Assembly: GCA_964489065.1 (NCBI GenBank) | Contig: CAZAXH010000001.1 | Location: 85,106 to 149,105, forward strand | DNA: 64,000 bases | Direction of reading: 5' to 3' | From: an uncultured Planctomycetales bacterium | Lineage (GTDB): Bacteria; Omnitrophota; Gorgyraeia; Zapsychrales; JANLHA01 | Shown: one piece after another, positions 48,499 to 56,710 of the stretch | How the letters are laid out: every line of letters starts with the position of its first letter | How positions within the stretch are numbered: the stretch's first letter is position 1 | Notes under the pieces: model-generated | The model's database searches: none | What the model was told of the DNA's origin: nothing | What the model saw: only the letters and a program-made list of their open reading frames with translations | Made by a program: the position numbers and the translations under genes

Positions 48499-49755
48499 TT
48501 ATCGTCCAGGCGCAGCGCCATACTCCCAGTCTAAATACGGCACAATAAACCGCGCCAGGGCCTCTCCGATAAACGTATAGCCTTCCGGTTTATAATGACA
48601 GTGGTCGTACAACATGTCCTGCCCATCCCGCGCGTATTTATCCCTTAACGCCGGAAGCAGGTCCAGATAAGGAAGCCGGCGCTTTCGCATTTCCGTGACA
48701 AATCGCTGCTGGGGTTCATTTCTTAATATTTGCGACGTAATTTGCGGCCTGACCGGAAAAAACACGAAAGCCAATTTAAAATCGGCGTCACGGCTCACCG
48801 TCCTCATCATATCAACGATCGGCAACATTTTCTGCCAGGCCCCCTCATCCCAGGCGTAGCCCCAATCCTGGAACGCGTTATGAATCTCCCAGTTAAACCC
48901 TTCTTCCGTATCCCACTCATGAGTTGCTTTCATGGGATGCGTTCCGGCGAAACGCTCTCTGGCCGCTTTGCGGTCATCGGGGAGCTGTTGTTCCCACTGA
49001 TATTCCTTATATAAAGCCCGCAACTTATCGATCTTGACCAGCACCAGTCTGGCCAAACGGCTGAACGTCAGCCATTCCGGAAGCCGGACAACTTTAAGCA
49101 AAGGGGATTCATGCGCATCATTAAGATACAGCCCCACCAGCACGATATCCGGTTTAACCGAAAGACCTGTTTCCATCAGCAGGGCAAACTCATTCTGCAG
49201 ATCAACGGCCCCGATCCCCGCGTTAATCACTTCCAGGCGGCGGCCGGGGAACATCCGCCGCAAGGCCTGCTCCATCACCGCCGGATAGGTCTGATCCTGC
49301 GAAACAAAATCCCCGAATGTGATGCTGTCTCCCAGGACAAGGATGCGGAGTTCCCCCGGCTGTTTGGGGCCAATGTCCCGGTGCCGGAAGCCCAGCGAAT
49401 TCGTCCGGATTTCGATGTCGGTCTGGGATAAAGCGTGATGACGCACCAGACCATGGGCATTTTTCTTCAAACGGGTCCCGGTATGCGAATACAAAAAAAA
49501 TCCCCCGGGGAGTTTCTCGCTGACAATCGTGCCGTCGTCACGGACACTGAAATCACCGTATTCCGTAAAATCGTTTTCGCCGGGTTTATTTAAATTTTCA
49601 ATGACTAGGCTCGGCGGCACCTTTACAAAAAGGCGGACACTCGCCTCCAAAATGGCCAATGTCGCCAGCACGCTTAAAACCACAAGCCCCCCAAGAACAT
49701 ACCATTGATCCCGTTTCCCGCCCACCCTCTCTCCGGATTCCTTATCCAGAATCAT
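48499..49755 (-). CDS. Membrane-anchored SGNH/GDSL-family hydrolase (putative glycan O-acyl esterase or acyltransferase)
   Basis: 418 aa. N-terminal TM plus ILVLGDSITFGD (SGNH block I). Confidence 0.55.
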   Translation of the reverse strand: MILDKESGERVGGKRDQWYVLGGLVVLSVLATLAILEASVRLFVKVPPSLVIENLNKPGENDFTEYGDFSVRDDGTIVSEKLPGGFFLYSHTGTRLKKNAHGLVRHHALSQTDIEIRTNSLGFRHRDIGPKQPGELRILVLGDSITFGDFVSQDQTYPAVMEQALRRMFPGRRLEVINAGIGAVDLQNEFALLMETGLSVKPDIVLVGLYLNDAHESPLLKVVRLPEWLTFSRLARLVLVKIDKLRALYKEYQWEQQLPDDRKAARERFAGTHPMKATHEWDTEEGFNWEIHNAFQDWGYAWDEGAWQKMLPIVDMMRTVSRDADFKLAFVFFPVRPQITSQILRNEPQQRFVTEMRKRRLPYLDLLPALRDKYARDGQDMLYDHCHYKPEGYTFIGEALARFIVPYLDWEYGAAPGR

Positions 49756-50464
49756 ACCCCGCCTCCCTGACTTCCCTGCCGATATAATTCACCTTGTACC
49801 ACCACATAAAAATCAGGTCAACAATGGTAGAGACAAAATATAAACGCGTCAAAGAAAATTTAGAGCGGCCATAGGGCCGGAGCCGGTGATGAACCGGCAT
49901 GACTTTATAAGAATATCCCGCAAGTTTAAAAAGGACCGGTATAAAACGGTGCACGCCCCGCATGGGCAGCAGGCTCTGAAGGGCCTGACGTTTCATCACT
50001 TTGAGGCCACATCCCGTGTCGCGCACATCATCACCCAAAACAAGCTTCCGGAAAAAGAAAGCAATGCGAGAAATGATAATTTTACTCCGGGGATCGCACC
50101 TCTTTTCCCGGGAACCAAAGACCGCGTCAACGCGCTCCAGTTCCGGCAGCATCGTGACAGCATCGCGGAAATCATTCTGCCCGTCCCCATCCATCATCAC
50201 GATGACCTCCCCCCGGGCAAAAGCCAATCCGGCAAAAAGCGCGGCGTCTTTTCCCCGGTTTCTGGAAAACGATAAAATTTTAAGGGAACTTAATGTTTGC
50301 GCATAACGGGTGAGTGCCTCTCTCGTCCCGTCCCGGCTGCCGTCATCCACAGCGATAATTTCACAGTCAAACGCCTTGTCCTGAACAACAGACTGAACTT
50401 CATCCAGGACGCAGGCCACATTATCCTGTTCATCATAAAACGGGATAATCAGCGATATTTTCAT
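49742..50464 (-). CDS. Family-2 glycosyltransferase, polyprenol-phosphate sugar synthase type (second copy)
   Basis: 240 aa. SLIIPFYDEQDN...IAVDDGSRDGT...DGDGQNDF motifs. 14-nt overlap with the upstream gene. Confidence 0.75.
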   Translation of the reverse strand: MKISLIIPFYDEQDNVACVLDEVQSVVQDKAFDCEIIAVDDGSRDGTREALTRYAQTLSSLKILSFSRNRGKDAALFAGLAFARGEVIVMMDGDGQNDFRDAVTMLPELERVDAVFGSREKRCDPRSKIIISRIAFFFRKLVLGDDVRDTGCGLKVMKRQALQSLLPMRGVHRFIPVLFKLAGYSYKVMPVHHRLRPYGRSKFSLTRLYFVSTIVDLIFMWWYKVNYIGREVREAGYDSG

Positions 50465-50545
50465 AACATATCCCTTTTAAACCTTTTTATAAAAAAAATC
50501 TGAACAGCCAACTGTGTCGCCCCCGGGAAAGTAAACATTTAAAAA

Positions 50546-51445
50546 TTAAAAATAAATAACGGCCGCGCAGACAATAAGCCAAAGCAAAACCGTTAATTTC
50601 AGGACATGGTCTTTCCAGAGTATCCGGACAGGATCTCCGCCCAGCAAACGCATATCCACCAGATAAATATAGCGGAAAATCCCGTAATAGGCCAAAGGAA
50701 CCGTGTAAATCAGGGCATGGGTATGGAATTTCGCGACCGTTTCCTTATCCATGACATACAACGCGTAACTCATAATTAAAGATGAAGCGATGATGGAGAT
50801 CATCCGGTCAATATAATACCGTGTATAGACATCTCCCCCCCCGTTATTTTGAGGCCCGAAATCAAGGTCATATTTACGCTTATTAAACCCGATAAACAAC
50901 GCCAACAGGACAGAACATATCAGGATCCAGCTGGATAAACTGACTTCGCTGACAATTCCACCGGCGGCGATCCGAAGGTAATAAAAAACGCCTATACAAA
51001 ACACATCAATAATAACGATTCGTTTAAGATATCGGGAATAAATCAGATTCAGGGAAAAATAAACCAGCAGTATTCCCGCGGCCCGGAGGTTTAAAAAATA
51101 CGCGCAGGACAATGAAACCGCTGAAAGGGCCAGGATCATAATGACGGCCTGACGGCCCGTCATTAAACCGGCGGCTAAAGGCCGGGTGCATTTATCCGGG
51201 TGCTTCTTGTCTTCCTCCAGGTCATACAGGTCATTGAACAGATACACCGCGCTGGAAGCTAGGGCAAAGGCAACACTCATGCCTAAAGTTTTTAGAAATG
51301 CCTGGGGCTCAAAAAGTTTACTTCCGAAAATAAGCGGCAAAAATATAAAAGCGCTTTTCACCCACTGATGCGGGCGAAGCGCTTTGAAAACAATTTGAGC
51401 CGAAAGTGTGAATTCCGGTTTAAGAGACAACTGTATTCTCATCAA
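50546..51445 (-). CDS. UbiA-family prenyltransferase, decaprenyl-phosphate phosphoribosyltransferase-like
   Basis: 299 aa. ALRPHQWVKSAFIFLPLIFG start and NDLYDLEEDKKHP Asp-rich motif, 8-9 TM helices. Confidence 0.65.
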   Translation of the reverse strand: MMRIQLSLKPEFTLSAQIVFKALRPHQWVKSAFIFLPLIFGSKLFEPQAFLKTLGMSVAFALASSAVYLFNDLYDLEEDKKHPDKCTRPLAAGLMTGRQAVIMILALSAVSLSCAYFLNLRAAGILLVYFSLNLIYSRYLKRIVIIDVFCIGVFYYLRIAAGGIVSEVSLSSWILICSVLLALFIGFNKRKYDLDFGPQNNGGGDVYTRYYIDRMISIIASSLIMSYALYVMDKETVAKFHTHALIYTVPLAYYGIFRYIYLVDMRLLGGDPVRILWKDHVLKLTVLLWLIVCAAVIYF

Positions 51446-51633
51446 ATTTTTCCTTAAATAACTATCGGCATACGGCTAACCCAGGGCAAAGGATGCAATC
51501 TTTCAATATGACTCCCGAATTTAAGAACCTGATCACAACACCTTACGCTCTAGAACATTACAAAATGAATTATAACAAAAAGACATCTCCTGTCAATTGG
51601 CTCAACCCTGGGATTCACGGTTTATAAAAAACA

Positions 51634-52374
51634 TCAACGCACCATTGTCTTATAAATAACATCGCCTTCTTTAACGCAATGGTCAACTTTTAATCCGACT
51701 AACTGTCCTTTCTTAACAGATTTAACATCCAGGCTCTCAACCTGAAGCGAGTTCACTTTCTGTTTCAATTCCGTTCCTCTGCCCTTAATAATAATATTGT
51801 CCCCCAGGAATAAGGCGGCCCCGTCAATCTTCACCACGCAGACCATTATCTTGTTAAAATAATGGGTTATATTCCCCACCCTCACCATCTTTGTCTGGCC
51901 ATTCCCAAGATTTCTCCCCACCGCATTCTTCCCAGATCCCCTGGTATTTTCGCATCCCGGCTGGCCTGATCGCACGCCGGCCTGCTTCCCTTTATTAATC
52001 CCCCCAGAGGAGCGGACACTCCCGGCGGGCCTTCGTTTAGCCACCCTATTCCCGGTCCGTTTCTCCAGAGCCCTTGCGACAACGCAGGCTGGTTTCTGGG
52101 TTTTAGAAAATTCTTTTCGCGCCGCCCCGGAAGCAACACCCACGGTCTTAACAGGCCGGGGTGCCCGAAGTTTTAAGCCCGTTCTTTTCTTTTTCTGCAC
52201 CGGCCTGGAAGATGTCCGGCGGAGAGGGGCTTGGGGGCGGGAAGATGCCTTCCGGACGGGAGGCCTTCTTCCCGGAACCTTTTTTCGGGAAGAAGGTTTT
52301 ATGATTTTCTCAAAGAATGAAAGGATATTGTCGAATAGAAACCCCATAATATAAAAAAAGGCACATATTGACAA
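51634..52374 (-). CDS. Hypothetical protein; highly basic, disordered N-terminal region with an approximately 84-aa beta-rich C-terminal domain (possibly a stand-alone small protein starting at 51888)
   Basis: The N-terminal 160 aa are Arg/Lys/Pro/Ser-rich. The C-terminus MVRVGNITHYFNKIMVCVVKIDGAALFLGDNIIIKGRG...GDVIYK resembles translation-factor domain-II-like barrels. Confidence 0.3.
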   Translation of the reverse strand: MSICAFFYIMGFLFDNILSFFEKIIKPSSRKKVPGRRPPVRKASSRPQAPLRRTSSRPVQKKKRTGLKLRAPRPVKTVGVASGAARKEFSKTQKPACVVARALEKRTGNRVAKRRPAGSVRSSGGINKGKQAGVRSGQPGCENTRGSGKNAVGRNLGNGQTKMVRVGNITHYFNKIMVCVVKIDGAALFLGDNIIIKGRGTELKQKVNSLQVESLDVKSVKKGQLVGLKVDHCVKEGDVIYKTMVR

Positions 52375-52413
52375 AACGAGAAGAGAAGAGCAACACCGGG
52401 GACCCAGAAAAAT

Positions 52414-52740
52414 CTATAATGTTATTTTCTCTGCAATACTGGCAATCAGCGGCAAGTTAAAAATCTTCCCCCGCAAGGCGGCAACGATACCAGAAAAGGA
52501 GATCAGCCCGAGGCAAAAAAATCCGATCCTCAAAACGGCAGGGAATATTATACTCAAAATAAACACCGCCACTTCACCGATAAATATAACCAAGCCCTGT
52601 TTCGCATGAGACAGGACAAACTCATTGTCTTTTTTGAATATAAGCGGAATGATACAAAAAATGGATAAATAGGCCAACAATGCGAAAACCTTACCCTCTA
52701 CAATCTGGTCATCTCCGGCGTCAGTCGTCTTCTTAGGCAT
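52414..52740 (-). CDS. DUF4870-family small membrane protein
   Basis: 108 aa. LLAYLSIFCIIPLIF...HAKQGL signature. Confidence 0.5.
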   Translation of the reverse strand: MPKKTTDAGDDQIVEGKVFALLAYLSIFCIIPLIFKKDNEFVLSHAKQGLVIFIGEVAVFILSIIFPAVLRIGFFCLGLISFSGIVAALRGKIFNLPLIASIAEKITL

Positions 52741-53911
52741 TCAAGGGGACCTCCAGGAGCGAATTGATGTCCCCAAAAGAATTCCGTTCCTGGCGGGGGT
52801 TGGCCGGATCCTCTTTCCACCGGCCATCCACAATAAACTGATATTTATACATTCCCGGCTGCAGAGGAACCTTAACGACCCAGCGGTCTCCTTCCAAGCG
52901 CATCCGGCAATTCTCATCCAAAGACCAATCATTGAAACTCCCCGTCACATAAACCGAACGGGCATCCGGCGCGGACAGAGTAAATGTCATGGGACACATT
53001 TCATTCACATGGGCCTTAATGGCATCCTGCATCCTTTCGGACAGCGCCTGGGAGAATTCTTCCGCCGGTTGTTCAGGAGCAACCCGAGGAGCTTGTTCCG
53101 TTTTGGCTGACTGCGACTCCGCAACGGCCGGCTCCGGCCGGGCCTCGGCTTTCGGCTCCTCAACGGCGATGATCTCCTTAGCCAAGCTAAAATAATCTTT
53201 AGCCCCCCGGCAATATTTGTCATAAACCGTCACGGTTTGCCCCATGACAGCGGATTCCTTCAGTTTAACATTAATATGCACGATGGTATCAAACAGGACA
53301 TCTTGGAATTTTTCCCGGATCGTGGACATCATCGAGAAAGAGTGGCGCAGACGGGAATCAAACATCGTAATTAATATTTTATAGCCGACCTGATGATTCA
53401 GGCGGTCCCGAATCAAATGGATAATATCCAGCAGATGATCCACCCCCTGCATCGAGAACCGGCTGGTTTCAACCGGGATAATGACCTCATCCGAGGCCCG
53501 GATGGAGTTGACGGTCAGGATACCCAAACTCGGAGGGCAGTCAATAATAATATAATCATAATCATTTTTAATCTCATTGATAATTTCGAGGATCTTCGTT
53601 TCGCGGCCGATCTCGTCGGCGAGTTCCTGTTCAAGAGTTCCGACGAGGATGCTGGACGGTACGATATCAAAATTCGCATCAACCTTTTTAATAATATTAC
53701 GGATTTTCAGTTTGCGGGGCGTTAATTTCGATATCACGTTATAAAGGCTGTCCTGATCCTCAAAATTCAATCCTAAGGAAGCGTGGGACTGCGGGTCCAA
53801 GTCAATCAGAAGAGTCCTCTTGCCATTATGGCTTAACGCCGAGGAAAGGTTAATCGCCGTTGTGGTTTTGCCACACCCTCCTTTTTGATTCGCGACAGAT
53901 ATAATTCTCAT
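52733..53911 (-). CDS. ParA/MinD-family P-loop ATPase fused to a C-terminal AMPK-beta-type glycogen-binding domain (CBM48-like)
   Basis: 392 aa. Deviant Walker A MRIISVANQKGGCGKTTTAINL. Pro/Ala/Glu-rich linker. C-terminus VYVTGSFNDWSLDE...GMYKYQFIVDGRWKEDPANP...GDINSLLEV matches the VYLSGSFNNWS...YKFFVDGQW..DP glycogen-binding domain consensus. Confidence 0.75.
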   Translation of the reverse strand: MRIISVANQKGGCGKTTTAINLSSALSHNGKRTLLIDLDPQSHASLGLNFEDQDSLYNVISKLTPRKLKIRNIIKKVDANFDIVPSSILVGTLEQELADEIGRETKILEIINEIKNDYDYIIIDCPPSLGILTVNSIRASDEVIIPVETSRFSMQGVDHLLDIIHLIRDRLNHQVGYKILITMFDSRLRHSFSMMSTIREKFQDVLFDTIVHINVKLKESAVMGQTVTVYDKYCRGAKDYFSLAKEIIAVEEPKAEARPEPAVAESQSAKTEQAPRVAPEQPAEEFSQALSERMQDAIKAHVNEMCPMTFTLSAPDARSVYVTGSFNDWSLDENCRMRLEGDRWVVKVPLQPGMYKYQFIVDGRWKEDPANPRQERNSFGDINSLLEVPLNA

Positions 53912-53929
53912 TTTACACCAGCCTCCTTT

Positions 53930-54514
53930 TTAGCTAGAAAAGCAAATTTCATCTATAAGAATAATTCCTCTTTGTTTTTCGGCGTTCCATGATTCGAGGA
54001 TGAAAGACACCTCGGTGATGCCCGTCCAGTCAGTGATCTGGTTGAAATCATCAAACGGGACGGCAACGCGTTTCCAGTCCAACTTTATTCCATCGATAAA
54101 AACGGACGAAGACTCATTAAGACGGTTGCGGATTTCCACCCGGACGATGCCGGGGTAGCCATCCTCCAAACCGCGCACCGCGAATTGCAAAGAGCGGTAT
54201 TTCCCGGCGTTAATCTGAGGCGTCGTCAAGGAAAACGTTTTAACGGGCGGATAGGGATACGTCAAATCATAGTTGATCCGCAACGGCCCCTTATTCAAAG
54301 AATAGATAACCTTATTATCAAAAAAATCTTTTTTATGCGCGAGGAAGGCGGTGAACCCGTAAAAAGCGCTTGCGAAAATAACCAAGGTAATGACAATATT
54401 AATTAACAACCAAGCATTAAATTGCTTCTTTTTTTCTTTCTCATGCTTGCTTTTTTTCCCTATATAAACCTGCGCCAGATGGTCATAAATCTCATCTCTG
54501 GTCATTGGAAACAC
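53930..54514 (-). CDS. Hypothetical single-pass membrane protein with extracytoplasmic domain (first gene of the ParA-fusion operon)
   Basis: 194 aa. Lys-rich N-terminus and TM helix LLINIVITLVIFASAFYGF. Confidence 0.4.
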   Translation of the reverse strand: MFPMTRDEIYDHLAQVYIGKKSKHEKEKKKQFNAWLLINIVITLVIFASAFYGFTAFLAHKKDFFDNKVIYSLNKGPLRINYDLTYPYPPVKTFSLTTPQINAGKYRSLQFAVRGLEDGYPGIVRVEIRNRLNESSSVFIDGIKLDWKRVAVPFDDFNQITDWTGITEVSFILESWNAEKQRGIILIDEICFSS

Positions 54515-54798
54515 CTCGATTAAAATAATTTAAACCGCGGAGCAGACGCCAACCCACGATGCTTTTTATTGATTTAATTTTATAATAACAAATAAATACT
54601 GTTTTCAAAACACAATTTTACTTTTTTTAAATAAATTAATGTCTTTTTCCCGTCGGGAATAAACGCGGCTTACAACAATCGGCGAAAATCCTCCCTAATA
54701 AAGCCGTTCTTCCCGCCCCGCGCCGGAGAAAAGACAAAAAAAGCCCCCGCTTTTTTAAGCGGGGGCTTGATGTTCAAAACAGAAACGATGCGAGTTAA

Positions 54799-56178
54799 TT
54801 AAAAATTAACAATTGCGTTTAACATCAACTGATAAGCCCGGCGGTCATTCGCGGTCGTAAACGTCGTCCCCGGGAAAAACAGCCCATAGCTGGCGCCGAT
54901 TTTCACATCTTCGGTGTAGTCATAGGCCAAGTCAAGGGTGAGTTCATCTCCCAACTTCTCGTCGGTATCCGTGGCTGTGGTGATTGATGTGCCGTCCGGC
55001 TGAAGAAGAGTCAAACTGGTCAACCCGTTGCCGTCGGTATCCGCTAACGGCTTGTCCAGCCACAGCCCGTTCCATTCGATGCCCGCGGTTAAATCTTCCA
55101 GCGGGACGATGGATCCGCGCACTTTCACAACATGGACATCTGTCTGGCTAAACAGTGTATTGTAGATTTTTCCGTTGGACTGGTCTTCGAACATCGGATC
55201 CCAGGCCTCGTAATCATCGGTCAAATCTGACGGGTCGCTGTCACCGGACACATACGTGTACGCCGTCGTCAAAACCGGGCTCCAGCTCTTGGTGCTCTCA
55301 AACGGAACCATGTAATTGGCGATCAACTGGGCCCCGGCCGCCTTGCGGTCAGCGCTCTGGGCCGTCCCATAATTTTTATTACCGAACTGATAAGCGACTT
55401 CCGCGGACAGAGAAAGGCTATCCATAATATTCGCCGCGAGGTGCACACCCGGCATATAAACGGTATCCGCTTTCACCCCCAAGGCGTCGTCTTTGACACT
55501 CTGGTCAATCTTGGCCCAGAAATAGGGTTCCAGGACCGTCCCGCTATTATCGCCCAATTCCCAGTTGGCGTTCATCCCAAAGAGGTCAATATCATCGTCC
55601 TGGCTTCCAACGCCCAGAAGATTGTTGGAGGCGACTTTGGCAGCCACAATGTCAATCGTCAGCGGGCTGTAATCAAAGATCATCCGAACGGCATCCGCCG
55701 CGTTTCTCTTTGTCATATCGCCGGCTACGCCTCTTAAGCTGCCGGAAAGCTCGTCGCTCATCCCCGCAGAGGAAATAACGAACGCGTTTCCATAAACAAA
55801 ATTCTGCCGCCCGACAACGACCGTTAACGGAGAATACAGCATCTCTCTTAAGGTCACGTAGGCCAAGTTCAGGTCGACGTCATTGTCGCCATAGGTATCT
55901 TCGCCGTCTTCACCCCAAACCCGCTCGTTAATCAGCCCCACCGTGGCGCTGACATTATCCGTCAGGTCAGAATCAATTCTGAGCCGGGTCTGTGTGAGCA
56001 GCATGTTCTGATAAAACTGCTTGTCATTCGTGACGACCCCCTGAGCCCCCAAGTCAAACTGGTCTCTCACCATCCACGTAGAATCGACATCCCCGCTGAC
56101 TTTGATATTCTGGACGCTAGCGGCAGCCGGTAAAGCCATCAAAGCCACGGCAAGCAATGTTAACCCTATTTTTTTCAT
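54799..56178 (-). CDS. Outer-membrane beta-barrel porin (putative)
   Basis: 459 aa. Signal peptide MKKIGLTLLAVALMALPAAAS, alternating amphipathic beta-strand pattern rich in Gly/Asp/Tyr, C-terminal ...AIVNF (terminal Phe). Confidence 0.55.
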   Translation of the reverse strand: MKKIGLTLLAVALMALPAAASVQNIKVSGDVDSTWMVRDQFDLGAQGVVTNDKQFYQNMLLTQTRLRIDSDLTDNVSATVGLINERVWGEDGEDTYGDNDVDLNLAYVTLREMLYSPLTVVVGRQNFVYGNAFVISSAGMSDELSGSLRGVAGDMTKRNAADAVRMIFDYSPLTIDIVAAKVASNNLLGVGSQDDDIDLFGMNANWELGDNSGTVLEPYFWAKIDQSVKDDALGVKADTVYMPGVHLAANIMDSLSLSAEVAYQFGNKNYGTAQSADRKAAGAQLIANYMVPFESTKSWSPVLTTAYTYVSGDSDPSDLTDDYEAWDPMFEDQSNGKIYNTLFSQTDVHVVKVRGSIVPLEDLTAGIEWNGLWLDKPLADTDGNGLTSLTLLQPDGTSITTATDTDEKLGDELTLDLAYDYTEDVKIGASYGLFFPGTTFTTANDRRAYQLMLNAIVNF

Positions 56179-56449
56179 ATTTTAATCTCCTTCTAGTTGC
56201 CGGCGAACCGGCAATTATATAATGAACTAGATATATTATGGTCTAGCTAATAGCTTCATTAGACCAGAGCTTGATGATCCCCGACGATAAAATAAGCATC
56301 CCTCCCTTCCTGTGTCTGATTGGAATCATCACTGGGTTAGGAAATTCAAACGTGAGATATTTTCACACATAGATATAAGAGAGTCAACAACTTTTGAAGA
56401 AATTTTGCAGAAAGGGCAAAGAAACAATTTCTTATTCCCTTTATAAAAG

Positions 56450-56523
56450 TGCGCCTGGGTGGACTCGAACCACCCACGCCGGCCTTAGGAGAGCCGCGCT
56501 CTATCCATCTGAGCTACAGGCGC
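56450..56523 (-). tRNA. tRNA-Arg (anticodon CCT)
   Basis: Reverse complement GCGCCTGTAGCTCAGATGGATAGAGCGCGGCTCTCCTAAGGCCGGCGTGGGTGGTTCGAGTCCACCCAGGCGCA folds as a cloverleaf. 7-bp acceptor stem, GCTC/GAGC D-stem, anticodon loop CTCCTAA, GGTGG-TTCGAGT-CCACC T-arm. CCA is not encoded. Confidence 0.85.
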
Positions 56524-56710
56524 ACGATTTATGACATGGCGCAAGGCCAACCGATAGCGGCACCGCCCCCATTTAATCACTAAACACTTCCACTGTCAAT
56601 GAGATTCACAAAGACATGGCTTAAAGAAACACCCGTTAGCATGAATTCTTTTCCCGAATCAAACGTATAGACCCCTTTCCTCCCAACACAACCGAGACGG
56701 CCTAAATCCA

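Noticed and set aside
54515-56710. Genomic island or integrative element next to tRNA-Arg(CCT)
   Set aside because: There is no integrase, direct repeat of the tRNA 3' end, or mobility gene within the window on either side of the tRNA. The neighbours are a porin and a TPR membrane protein.
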